Shown here one piece after another: positions 19,341 through 28,128 of a stretch of 64,000 nt of DNA. The stretch is from the NCBI GenBank assembly GCA_963806095.1, contig CAWDWV010000002.1, forward strand, positions 3,181,949 to 3,245,948, written 5' to 3'. The notes beneath the pieces are model-generated. The model was not told where the DNA came from. It worked only from the letters and a program-made list of their open reading frames with translations, and ran no database searches. The stretch's first letter is position 1. Each line of letters begins with the position of its first letter. Origin of the DNA: Thermoanaerobaculia bacterium. GTDB lineage: Bacteria; Acidobacteriota; Thermoanaerobaculia; Multivoradales; JAIOJS01. The position numbers and the translations under genes were made by a program.

Positions 19341-20520
19341 ACGCGCCAGGGATCGCCGCGCGGCCGACGTTGTACTGCAGCAGCTCGCAGCGGATCGGCG
19401 CCGTTCCACAGCGCGTTGCGCCGCGACGGCCGCATGCGCACCTCGCCGGCGAGCGCGGCATCGGCGGTGAGCAGAGCCAGCCGCCAACCGTCGAAGCGCG
19501 CCTTGACCGCTTCGCCCAGCCGCCGGTAGACGGCAGGGAGGTCGCCGGCGGTGTCGCCGATGCGGTGGCCGTAGGGCGCGTTGGTCGCCACCAGGCCGGC
19601 CGTCGCTCCGCTTGGCGGATGCGCGTCGCCGACATCCGCGCGTTCGAGCGAGACGCCCTCGATTCCGGCGGCGACGAGACTCTCTCGCGCCCGCTCCAGC
19701 GCGCCGCCGTCGCGATCGCTCCCCCCGATCGTTGGCAGCCGCGCGCGTCCCGCCTGCCGTCGCCCCTCGGCTTCGGCGCGCAGCGACTCCCATAAGCGAC
19801 GGTCGTGGCCGCGCCAGCCGCGGAGGCCGAAGCTCGCGGCGTTGCCGGTGCGCAGCAGCCCGGGCGCGGTGTCGGTCGCCAGTAACGCCGCCTCGACGAG
19901 CAGGGTGCCGGCACCGCACATCGGGTCGACGAAGCCGCCGCCCGCAGCGGCGATCGCCGGCCAGCCGGCGCGCAGCAGCAGCGCCGCGGCGACGTTCTCC
20001 TTGAGCGGCGCCGGCCCGCTCGCGCCGCGATAGCCGCGGCGGTGGAGCGCTTCGCCGGAGAGGTCCAGCGACAGCTGTGCCTCACCGCCATCGAGCAACA
20101 CGTGGAGGCGCAGCGCCGGGTCGTCGAGGTCGACGTCGGGGCGCTCCCCCCAGCGCTCGCGCAACCTATCGACGACCGCGTCCTTCGTGCGCAGCGCCAC
20201 GAAGTGAGTGTGGACGGCACGGTCGCCGCGCGCGTGCGCATCGACGGCGAAAGTGGCGCCTCGCCGCAGCTCGCCCTCCCACGGCAGCGCCCGCACGGCG
20301 TCGTAGAAGGCGTGCGACGAATGCGCGTCGACGCGCCAGAGCGGCAGCAGCAGCCGGCTCGCGAGGCGCGACCAGAGCAGCGCCCGATAGGCGACCGCGA
20401 GGTCGCCGGCGAACGCCACTCCCCCTGACGTGGGCCGCACGTCGATCGCGCCGAAGGCGCGCAGCTCCTCGACGGCGAGGTCGTCGACGCCGCGGGGCAG
20501 CACGGCGAACAGCGGGCGTT
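19303..20520 (-). pseudogene. THUMP-domain class I SAM-dependent RNA methyltransferase (RlmL/RlmK N-terminal-like), 1 frame break; start uncertain
   Basis: LFAVLPRGVDDLAVEELRAFGA (THUMP region), FVDPMCGAGTLLVEAA, LVATNAPYGHRIG. The C-terminus ..RRNALWNGA continues in the next frame as IRCELLQYNV..* (stop at 19303). The break is near 19395. No convincing start codon lies upstream of LFAVLP. Confidence 0.8.
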
Positions 20521-20607
20521 GCGCCGCGCTCGTCCCCGGCGCCGCATTGCCCGCCTCGCGCGCCGAGCGAGCGGGCGAGGATCTTGCTAGAGGTTTGGGA
20601 CTTCGCG

Positions 20608-21051
20608 ATGGACGCAACGAACGCCCCCCTCGTACTGATCGTCGACGACTACGCGGAAGGCCGCGAGGTGTGCGCCGAGTACCTCGCCTTCCGCGGCTTC
20701 CGCGTCGCCACCGCGGAAGATGGCCTCGACGCGCTCGACAAGGCGCGGGCGCTGCTGCCCGACGTCATCCTCATGGACCTCTCGCTGCCGCGGCTGGACG
20801 GCTGGGAGGCCAGCCGCCGGCTGAAGGCCGATGCGCGCACGCGCCACATCCCCATCGTCGCGCTGACCGCGCACGCGCTGTCGAGCGCGCGCGAGAAGGC
20901 GGTGGCCGCGGGCTGCGACGAGGTGGTCACCAAGCCCTGTCCGCCGCGCGAGCTCGAGGACGCGGTGCGGCGGCACCTCGGTATGAATGACAAGAACGGC
21001 ATGAACGGGGAGGCGCCGGAGACGAACGGTCTGCGGCAGGCGGAGAGCTGA
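20608..21051 (+). CDS. Single-domain CheY-like response regulator
   Basis: PLVLIVDDY...VILMDLSLPRLDGWE...PIVALTAHA...KP: a receiver domain with acidic pocket, phospho-acceptor D and conserved K. Confidence 0.9.
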   Translation: MDATNAPLVLIVDDYAEGREVCAEYLAFRGFRVATAEDGLDALDKARALLPDVILMDLSLPRLDGWEASRRLKADARTRHIPIVALTAHALSSAREKAVAAGCDEVVTKPCPPRELEDAVRRHLGMNDKNGMNGEAPETNGLRQAES

Positions 21052-21060
21052 AAACGACAC

Positions 21061-21092
21061 GGCGCCGCGCGGTAGCTTGGCCGCGCGGCGCC
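21061..21092 (-). terminator. Intrinsic terminator-like hairpin between convergent genes
   Basis: GGCGCCGCGCGG (21061-21072) pairs perfectly with CCGCGCGGCGCC (21081-21092), with an 8-nt loop. On the minus-strand transcript the hairpin is followed by GUGUCGUUUUC. Confidence 0.6.
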
Positions 21093-21121
21093 GCATCCAC
21101 GAGCCGAAGGGCGAGTGACGG

Positions 21122-21652
21122 CTAGCCGTTGCCGCCTTCGTTGCCCTCGCTCGGGGTCGCCTCCTGGGGATTCGCGACCGGCGCCGGGGCCGGGGCCGGG
21201 CTGGGGGCCGGAACCGGAGCGGGACGCGGCTTGGCCGGGCGGCGCTTCGCAGGCTTCTTCGCGGCCGGCTTCGGGACCGGCTTCGGGACCGGCTTCGGGG
21301 CCGGCTTCGGGGCCGGCTTTGCGGCTGGCTTCGGAGCCGGCTTCGCGGCCTTCGCGGCCTTCGCGGCGGGCTTCTTGCCGCCGCCCTTCTTCGCCGCCGA
21401 CTTCTTCGCGGCCGACTTCTTCGCCGCTGGCTTCTTCGCTGCGACCTTCTTGCCGCGCTTCGCCGCGGCCTTCTTCGCCGGGCGCTTCGCCGCGACCTTC
21501 TTGGCCGGCTTCTTGGCGCGAGCCTTCTTCGCCGGCTTCTTCGCGGCTGCCTTCTTGCCGGCCTTCTTCCCCCGCTTCTTGCCGCCGCCGGCCTTCGCCG
21601 CGGCGGGAGCTGCTGCCATCGCTCGCATCGTCTTCGCACCCCCTTTGCGCAT
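21122..21652 (-). CDS. Histone H1-like Lys/Ala/Pro-rich repeat protein
   Basis: AKKPAKKA.. and PKPAPKP repeats over ~150 aa. AAAGGGGG lies upstream of the internal ATG 21628, which is the more likely start. Confidence 0.75.
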   Translation of the reverse strand: MRKGGAKTMRAMAAAPAAAKAGGGKKRGKKAGKKAAAKKPAKKARAKKPAKKVAAKRPAKKAAAKRGKKVAAKKPAAKKSAAKKSAAKKGGGKKPAAKAAKAAKPAPKPAAKPAPKPAPKPVPKPVPKPAAKKPAKRRPAKPRPAPVPAPSPAPAPAPVANPQEATPSEGNEGGNG

Positions 21653-21739
21653 TGCGCTCTGTGATCGTCAATCGACTCGCGTATTGTGCGCGAACGTCCG
21701 CGATTTGCCAATAGCCGATGCGCATCGCATGCTCGCTTC

Positions 21740-22849
21740 GTGAGTGACGACCGGACCGCGAGCGCAAGCTTCGTCGCGTTGACGCCCGACCGCGTGCTCG
21801 CGGCGGTGGAAGCAGCCGGCATCGCCACCACCGGGCTGTGCTATCCGCTCAACTCGTTCGAGAACCGCGTCTACGAGGTGGAGCTCGCCGACGCACCGGA
21901 CGGCGAGGGCAAGGGTGAACGAACCCAGCGCGCCGGCTCACGCGTGGTGGCGAAGTTCTACCGCCCCGGCCGCTGGAGCGGCGAGCAGATCCTCGAGGAG
22001 CACGCGCTGCTGCAAGAGCTCGCGGCAGCGGAGGTGCCGGTGCCGCCGCTGCGCTCGTTCGCCGACGGCTCGACGCTGCGCCGCATCGACGGCATCTGGT
22101 ACGCGTTGTGGGAGCGCAGCGGCGGCCGCGCGCCGGACGAGCTCTCCGAGCCGCTCGCCGAACGGCTGGGCATGCTGGTCGGACGGCTGCACGAGGTGTG
22201 CGCGCGGCGGCCGCTCTTCCATCGCCCGCGGCTCGACGCCGGGCGCTACATCCATCGCCAGCTCGACTGGCTCGAGCGTCACCACACGCTGCCGCCGGCG
22301 CTCGCCGAACGCTACGTGACCGCGGCGCACGGCATCGCGGCGGCCTTCGACGCGCTCGTCGAGGGCGTCCCCCACCAGCGCGTCCACGCCGATCTCCACC
22401 TCGGCAACGTGCTGCTGCGCGACGGAGTCCTGCGCCTGCTCGACTTCGACGACATGGCGATGGGACCGCCGGTGCAGGACGTCTGGCTGGCGGTGCCCGG
22501 CCGCGACGCCGACAGCCTGCGGCGGCGCGACGCCTTCCTCACCGGCTACGAGCGCTTCCGTGCGTTCGACCACGCGACGCTGCGCCTCGTCGAGCCGCTG
22601 CGCGGCCTGCGCCTCGTGCGCTACGCCGGCTGGCTGGCGCGGCGCTGGGACGACCCCGCCTTCCGCGCCGGCTGGCCGCAGTTCGGCACCGCCGACTACT
22701 GGCGCGACGAGACCGAGACGCTCGAGGCGCAACTCCGCGTCATCCACGGCGAGCAACCCGCGATCGCCGCCGCGACGGCCGCGGCAACGGCACCGCGCGA
22801 TGAGCTGCTCTCCAATCGCGACTACTTCTTCGACTGGGAGGGCGACTAG
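21740..22849 (+). CDS. srkA: Stress-response Ser/Thr kinase SrkA (YihE/RdoA family)
   Basis: LNSFENRVYEV, VAKFYRPGRWS, HADLHLGNVLL, LLDFDD. I prefer the GTG 21740 start. Confidence 0.85.
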   Translation: MSDDRTASASFVALTPDRVLAAVEAAGIATTGLCYPLNSFENRVYEVELADAPDGEGKGERTQRAGSRVVAKFYRPGRWSGEQILEEHALLQELAAAEVPVPPLRSFADGSTLRRIDGIWYALWERSGGRAPDELSEPLAERLGMLVGRLHEVCARRPLFHRPRLDAGRYIHRQLDWLERHHTLPPALAERYVTAAHGIAAAFDALVEGVPHQRVHADLHLGNVLLRDGVLRLLDFDDMAMGPPVQDVWLAVPGRDADSLRRRDAFLTGYERFRAFDHATLRLVEPLRGLRLVRYAGWLARRWDDPAFRAGWPQFGTADYWRDETETLEAQLRVIHGEQPAIAAATAAATAPRDELLSNRDYFFDWEGD

Positions 22850-22908
22850 CGATCTTCGCGGGTGGGTAGCATCTTGATTTCTACGATGGCCTGCATCAAG
22901 ATGCAGTC

Positions 22909-23202
22909 ATGCGCACGACTATCACGCTCGACGACGACGTGACGAGGCTGGTGGAAGAAGAGATCCACCGCACGCGCAGCTCGTTCAAGGACGTCGTCAA
23001 CGACGCCTTGCGGAGAAGCCTCAGCGGCTCGGCGATCGCGGAGCCAGCGGAGCCCTATCGAGTGCGGCCTCACAAGACGGCGCTGCTACCTGGATTGGAC
23101 CGCGCTCGGTTCAATGCCCTGGCCGACGAGCTCGAGGACGGCGCCGTCCTGGCGACGCGGGCGCGAACCGCGGCGGCAAGCCGGGCCCGGCGGGCGAGGT
23201 GA
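22909..23202 (+). CDS. vapB: VapB-type antitoxin
   Basis: MRTTITLDDDV... N-terminus is typical of antitoxins paired with PIN toxins. Its stop overlaps the toxin start (GTGA). Confidence 0.75.
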   Translation: MRTTITLDDDVTRLVEEEIHRTRSSFKDVVNDALRRSLSGSAIAEPAEPYRVRPHKTALLPGLDRARFNALADELEDGAVLATRARTAAASRARRAR

Positions 23203-23627
23203 TCCTCCCCGACGTCAACCTGCTCCTCTACGCCCACCTCGACGCGTTTCCGGAGCACGCCCGGTCGCGCCGCTGGTGGGAGGAGCAGCTCAACGGCCGG
23301 CGCGAAGTCGGCATCGCGGCGCCTGCGCTCTTCGGCTTCGTGCGCATCGCCACGAATCCCCGCGTGTTCGAGCGGCCGCTCGCCGTCGAACGGGCGCTGG
23401 CGGTGGTCGCGGAGTGGCTGGACCGCCCCCACGTCCACTTCGTGCAGCCCGGTCCCCGCCACCTCGAGATCGCCTTCGGGCTGCTTCGCGAGGTCGGGAC
23501 GGGCGCCAACCTCACCACCGACGCCCAACTCGCCGCGCTCGCGATCGAGTACCGCGCGGAGCTCTTTTCCAACGACGCCGACTTCGGGCGGTTCTCCGGG
23601 CTTCGCTGGGTGAATCCCATCGCGTAG
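23199..23627 (+). CDS. vapC: PIN-domain toxin VapC
   Basis: ILPDVNLLLYA, DAQLAALAIE and FSNDADF supply the conserved PIN acidic residues. 142 aa. Confidence 0.88.
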   Translation: MILPDVNLLLYAHLDAFPEHARSRRWWEEQLNGRREVGIAAPALFGFVRIATNPRVFERPLAVERALAVVAEWLDRPHVHFVQPGPRHLEIAFGLLREVGTGANLTTDAQLAALAIEYRAELFSNDADFGRFSGLRWVNPIA

Positions 23628-23746
23628 CCGGCATTGCGGTGCGCGCGCCGAGGCCCGTTAGCCCAGTCGCGCGCCCGGAAAAGCGAAGGCCGGGCAGCAC
23701 ACCCGCCGCCCGGCCACCTCGCTCGCGCGAATCGCTGACGACTCGC

Positions 23747-24571
23747 CTAGGCGGCGGGCCGCGTGAACGTGAACGACACCTCGGCGGTGCCGCCGTCGGC
23801 CACCGTCACCTGCTGCTCCTGCGTGCCGAGCCTCTCGTGCCACGCCTCGAGGGTGTAGGTCCCGGCGGGGAGGTTGGCGATGCTGAACTTGCCGTCGGTG
23901 CCGCTCACCGCGAAGAACGGGTGCTTCAGCACGCCGACGTAGGCGTTCATCCAGGGGTGCACGTCGCACTTGACGCGGAACACCGCCTCGGGCTGGTCGA
24001 ACTGGTGGTCGGCCGACTTGCGCTCGGCCGGCATGGCGATGTTGAACTCCTGGTTGACCTGCGGCAGCGCGTGCACGTTGTGCAGCAGGCCGTCGGAGTT
24101 GAGGAAGTTGAGCTTCTGCCCCGCCACCACGCCCACCACGTGCGGCTGGTACAGGCACCCGTTCTGGTCGATCGTCACCGGCGTCGACGGCGGCGCCCAT
24201 TGCGCGTCCGGCAGGCCGCTCTTGACGTAGACGAAGACGTTGCCGAGCTCCTTGGCGGGGCCCAGCACCAGCACGTCGCTCGGCACCGGTCCGCTGTGCT
24301 TGGAAGCGCAGGTCGGGTCGGCCGACATGCTCACCGGCTTGAGGTTCGGCACCGCACCGTCGTAGTTGACCCCACCAGCCACGGTCGCCGTCCCGCTCGG
24401 CCCCGCAGCCGCGGCGGGAGCCGCCGACGCCGCGTTGTCGCCCTCCGGCGCTGCCGCCGCGGCGTTGTCGCCCGCCGACTCCTTGCCGCCGCCGCAGCCC
24501 ACCAGCGCCAGCGCGCCCCAACCCAGCGCCAGCGCGCTCAGCAGGACGGTGCTCTTCCTTCTCGTCATCAT
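23747..24571 (-). CDS. Lipoprotein with cupredoxin-like (type-1 copper) motif and C-terminal carboxypeptidase-regulatory-like domain
   Basis: Lipobox LALVGC. LHNVH ... CDVHPWM (C-x2-H-x2-M, amicyanin-like). C-terminal GKFSIANLPAGTYTLEAWHE. Start at MMTRRK, inside the longer track ORF. Confidence 0.75.
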   Translation of the reverse strand: MMTRRKSTVLLSALALGWGALALVGCGGGKESAGDNAAAAAPEGDNAASAAPAAAAGPSGTATVAGGVNYDGAVPNLKPVSMSADPTCASKHSGPVPSDVLVLGPAKELGNVFVYVKSGLPDAQWAPPSTPVTIDQNGCLYQPHVVGVVAGQKLNFLNSDGLLHNVHALPQVNQEFNIAMPAERKSADHQFDQPEAVFRVKCDVHPWMNAYVGVLKHPFFAVSGTDGKFSIANLPAGTYTLEAWHERLGTQEQQVTVADGGTAEVSFTFTRPAA

Positions 24572-24791
24572 CGTCTCGGCTCCTTGGTCTCGTTGGTTTG
24601 CCGCGCGGGTTCGCTGCGGTGTGCAGCGCGCGACGCCGCGCCGGGTGCCGGTCGTGCCGGCCGCCGCCGGGCGGGCGCTCGATTCTATCCAAGATCGAGG
24701 CCAAGCCGCCGGACCCGCCGGAACGGCGATTGCAGACTGCCCGGGCGGCGCTCCTGCCGCCACCTCGACGACCGCCAGAGGAGAGCTCGCC

Positions 24792-25613
24792 ATGAACCGC
24801 CACTTTCGCCACGTCCGCCACTGCGCCGTTCCGCTCGCGCTCGCCCTGTTGGTGATACCGCTGTTGGCCTGCGTCTCCTCGGGGGTCAACAAGGGGCAGC
24901 TCAACCTCATCTCCATCGAGGAGGAGTGGCAGCTGGGCAACCAGCTCGCCGCCGACCTCTCGCGCCGCCTGCGCCTCGTCGACGACCCGGCGGCGCAGGC
25001 CTACGTCGAGTCGGTCGGGCGGCGCGTCGTCGCGCAGTCCGAGATGGCCAACCTGCCGTGGCACTTCCACCTCGTCGCCGACCCCGAGGTCAACGCCTTC
25101 ACCATCCCCGGCGGCCACGTCTACGTCAACACCGGCCTGATCGAGAGGTCGCCCAACGTCGCCGCCTTCACCGGCGCGCTGGCGCACGAGATCTCGCACG
25201 TCGTCGCTCGTCACGCCACCGAGCAGCTGTCGAAGGCCTACGGCATCGAGGCCATCGGCGGCGCCGTGCTGGGCCGCAACCCGGCGGTGTACGAGCAGAT
25301 CCTCGCCTCGATCGTCGCCCAGGGCGCGATGGCGCGGTTCTCGCGCACGGCGGAGAGCGAGGCCGACCGCCTCGGCGCCGCCTACATGTACAAGGCGGGC
25401 TACGACCCGCAGGGGATGGTGCAGATGTTCGAGACGCTGCTCGCCGAGCGGCAGCGCCGGCCGAGCTCGGTGGAGCGCTTCTTCGCCAGCCACCCGCTCA
25501 CCGAAGACCGCATCCGCGAGGTGCAGCGCGAGATCGCCGCCTTCCCGCGCGTGAGCAACCTGATCGCCAGCGACCCGCGCTTCGACCAGCTGCAGGATCG
25601 GCTGTCCGGTTAG
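24792..25613 (+). CDS. M48-family zinc metalloprotease (lipoprotein)
   Basis: HEISHVVARH and ESEADRLG; signal/lipobox LLAC. Start at MNRHFRH. Confidence 0.88.
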   Translation: MNRHFRHVRHCAVPLALALLVIPLLACVSSGVNKGQLNLISIEEEWQLGNQLAADLSRRLRLVDDPAAQAYVESVGRRVVAQSEMANLPWHFHLVADPEVNAFTIPGGHVYVNTGLIERSPNVAAFTGALAHEISHVVARHATEQLSKAYGIEAIGGAVLGRNPAVYEQILASIVAQGAMARFSRTAESEADRLGAAYMYKAGYDPQGMVQMFETLLAERQRRPSSVERFFASHPLTEDRIREVQREIAAFPRVSNLIASDPRFDQLQDRLSG

Positions 25614-25703
25614 GGCCGCGCGCCGTTTCACGAGACGTCCGGTTCGCGGGCAAGCGCCGGATACTGGTAGACTTACGCATCCCGCCATGAACGCTGCGCG
25701 CTG

Positions 25704-26384
25704 ATGGTCGAGTACGAGCTCACTCTCGCCGACGGACGGGTGCACCGCTTCGTCATCGGCGCCTCCGACGAACGCCCGACCACCGCCGAGCTGCCGGCCT
25801 GGACGGCGCTCACCTTCCATCAGTGCGCCAACTGTCCGCTGACGACAGCCGACACGCGGCGCTGCCCGCCGGCGGCCGACGTCTTCCGCATCGCCGAGCG
25901 CTTCGCCGACCGCCTCTCCTACGAGCGCGTCCACGTCCGGGTGCGGCGCGGCGACCGCAGCTACGAGATGGACTGCGACGTGCAGACCGGCCTCGGCTCG
26001 CTGCTCGGGCTGGCGATGGCCTCGAGCGACTGCCCCATCCTCGGCCAGCTGCGCGGCCTCGCCCGCTTCCACCTCCCCTTCGCCGAGTTCGAAGAGACCC
26101 TCTTCCGCACCGTCGGGCTCTACCTGCTGCGGCAGTACTTCATCGCCAAGGACGGCGGCGTGCCCGACTTCGAGCTCGTCGGCCTGGCGCAGCTCTACGA
26201 CGAGCTGCAAGAGGTCAACCGCTCCTTCAAGCGCCGCATCGAGTCGATCTCGCCGCGCGACGCCAGCATCAACGCGGTGACGCTGCTCGCCTCGGTGTCG
26301 GCGCTGGTGGCGATGTCGCTCGACAGCGGCCTCGAGCAGCTGCGGCAGCTGATCCAAAGCCCGGCGGATGTCGTCCGCGCCTGA
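25704..26384 (+). CDS. Conserved-looking hypothetical protein with Cys cluster
   Basis: 226 aa with coherent GC3-rich codon usage. CANCPLTTADTRRCPP plus further Cys residues (MDCDV, SDCPIL). I recognised no family. Confidence 0.6.
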   Translation: MVEYELTLADGRVHRFVIGASDERPTTAELPAWTALTFHQCANCPLTTADTRRCPPAADVFRIAERFADRLSYERVHVRVRRGDRSYEMDCDVQTGLGSLLGLAMASSDCPILGQLRGLARFHLPFAEFEETLFRTVGLYLLRQYFIAKDGGVPDFELVGLAQLYDELQEVNRSFKRRIESISPRDASINAVTLLASVSALVAMSLDSGLEQLRQLIQSPADVVRA

Positions 26385-27207
26385 CGCTTCACTCGACGCC
26401 TCCGGAAGAGGCGCAAGTGGCGACGCCGGCGGCGACGCGAAGCCCGGCGAGATCGCGACCGCCGAGCTGGTGCGCTACCTCGACGCCTACCTGGAGTCCG
26501 ACGGCGTCGCCGACTATGGGCCCAACGGGCTGCAGGTCGAGGGCGCGTCCGTCGTGCGGAGGCTGGTGACCGGCGTCTCGTCGTGCCGTGAGCTGTTCGA
26601 GCGCGCTCGCGCGGCCGGCGCCGACGCGCTGCTGGTGCACCACGGGCTGTTCTGGCGCGGCACGCCGTATCCGCTGGTGGGGCTGCAGTACCACCGCGTG
26701 GCGGAGCTCGTGCGCGGAGGGTTGGCGTTGCTCGCCTACCACCTGCCGCTGGACCGGCACGCCGAGGTGGGCAACAACGCGATTGCGGCGCGGCGGCTGG
26801 GGCTGCACGAGCTGGCGCCGTTCGCGAAGCATGAGGGCGTCGCCATCGGCTGGCAGGGGCGGCTGCTGGAGTCGATCCCGGCGAGCGAGCTGGCGGCGCG
26901 CTGCGGCGTGCTCTACGAGCAGCCGGCGCTGCTGCTCGGACCCGAGGAGCGCCTGGTCCGGCGGGTTGGCATCGTCAGCGGCGGCGCCCAGCGCGAGTTC
27001 CTGCAGGCGATCGCCGAAGGGCTGGATGCCTTCATCACCGGCGAGGCGAGCGAGTGGGTCACCAACCTGGCGCGTGAATCGGGAGTCGCTTACATCGCCG
27101 CCGGGCATTACGCGACCGAACGCATCGGTGTGAAAGCGCTCGGCGACCACCTCGCGGAGCGCTTCGGCATCGCCGTCGAGTTCATCGACGTGCCCAACCC
27201 GGTCTAG
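26368..27207 (+). CDS. Nif3-like dinuclear metal centre protein (YbgI/GTP cyclohydrolase 1 type 2 family)
   Basis: DYGPNGLQVEG, LLVHHGLFW, AYHLPLDRH, AAGHYATE. Confidence 0.9.
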   Translation: MSSAPDASLDASGRGASGDAGGDAKPGEIATAELVRYLDAYLESDGVADYGPNGLQVEGASVVRRLVTGVSSCRELFERARAAGADALLVHHGLFWRGTPYPLVGLQYHRVAELVRGGLALLAYHLPLDRHAEVGNNAIAARRLGLHELAPFAKHEGVAIGWQGRLLESIPASELAARCGVLYEQPALLLGPEERLVRRVGIVSGGAQREFLQAIAEGLDAFITGEASEWVTNLARESGVAYIAAGHYATERIGVKALGDHLAERFGIAVEFIDVPNPV

Positions 27208-28001
27208 GCGGCGATCGTGATCCCGAAGAGGTCGCGAACGTTGGCCGTCGTCTGCGCCGCGACCCGCGTGGGCTGCCAATCGAGCTCCTGTGCGAGGCGG
27301 AGAGCCACTTCCACGACGAAGGCGGGCTCGTTGGGTTTGCCGCGGTGCGGGACGGGCGCCAGGTAAGGGGTGTCGGTTTCCACCAGCAGGCGGTCGGGGG
27401 GTGTGAAGGCAAGGGGCTCGCGGACGTTGTCGGCCTTCTTGAAGGTGACCATGCCGGAGATGCCGAGCCAGGAGTTGCCGCGGGCGAGGAGACGCCTCGC
27501 CATCTCGGCGCCGCCGCTGAAGGAGTGAAAGTCGGCGCGCAGGGCAGCGAAGCGGGGCTCGGCGAGGAGGGCGAGCATGGCGTCCTCGCTCTCGCGGTTG
27601 TGGACGACCACCGGCAGGCCGAGGTCGAGCGCCAGCTCCCACTGCTCGCGCAGCGCGCGCTCCTGCTGCTCGCGAGGCGCGAAGTCGTAGTGGAAGTCGA
27701 GGCCGCACTCGCCGACCGCCACGGCTTTGGGGTGCTCCAGGAGCGCGGCCAGTCGGGCGGCGTCGCCGTCGCGCCAGCTCGACGCTTCGTGCGGGTGGAC
27801 GCCGAGGGCGCACCAGACGTCGGCGTGGCGATCGCAGAGGGCGAGGATGGCGTCGGCTTCGTCGAGCTTGGTGGCAGGGACGAGGAACCCCGCGACGCCG
27901 CGCGATCGCGCACGGTCCAGCGCCGCTTCGCGCTCCCCTTCCGGAAGGCTCTGCAGGTGGCAGTGTGAGTCGATGATGCCGGGGAGCGCGGGCAATGTCA
28001 T
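27204..28001 (-). CDS. tatD: TatD-family metal-dependent hydrolase
   Basis: IIDSHCHL, VGECGLDFHY, VVVHNRES, ETDTPYLAP. Confidence 0.92.
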   Translation of the reverse strand: MTLPALPGIIDSHCHLQSLPEGEREAALDRARSRGVAGFLVPATKLDEADAILALCDRHADVWCALGVHPHEASSWRDGDAARLAALLEHPKAVAVGECGLDFHYDFAPREQQERALREQWELALDLGLPVVVHNRESEDAMLALLAEPRFAALRADFHSFSGGAEMARRLLARGNSWLGISGMVTFKKADNVREPLAFTPPDRLLVETDTPYLAPVPHRGKPNEPAFVVEVALRLAQELDWQPTRVAAQTTANVRDLFGITIAA

Positions 28002-28063
28002 CGATGGGCTACCGCCGCCCGGTCGCCCACTGCGAGATCGAGATCGCCACAGGCGCCACGCGC

Positions 28064-28096
28064 CCTCGCGATGACGAGCGCATCGTCATCGCGAGG
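28064..28096 (-). other. Perfect 14-bp stem / 5-nt loop hairpin between metG and tatD
   Basis: CCTCGCGATGACGA gcgca TCGTCATCGCGAGG. No U-tract follows it on the minus-strand transcript. Confidence 0.5.
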
Positions 28097-28128
28097 AGCG
28101 AAGCGACGAAGCGATCTCGACGCCGGGC

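Noticed and set aside
21122-21743. Plus-strand ORFs 21115..21714 and 21129..21743, antisense to the H1-like gene
   Set aside because: They mirror the same repeats, giving a Phe/Ala/Gly-rich product. The RBS-like AAAGGGGG and the terminator orientation favour the minus-strand Lys-rich product.
23114-26357. 858-aa (+) and 899-aa (-) ORFs spanning the VapC to Nif3 region
   Set aside because: They overlap five independently well-supported genes (vapC, cupredoxin lipoprotein, M48 protease, Cys-cluster protein). Their composition is shadow-ORF-like.
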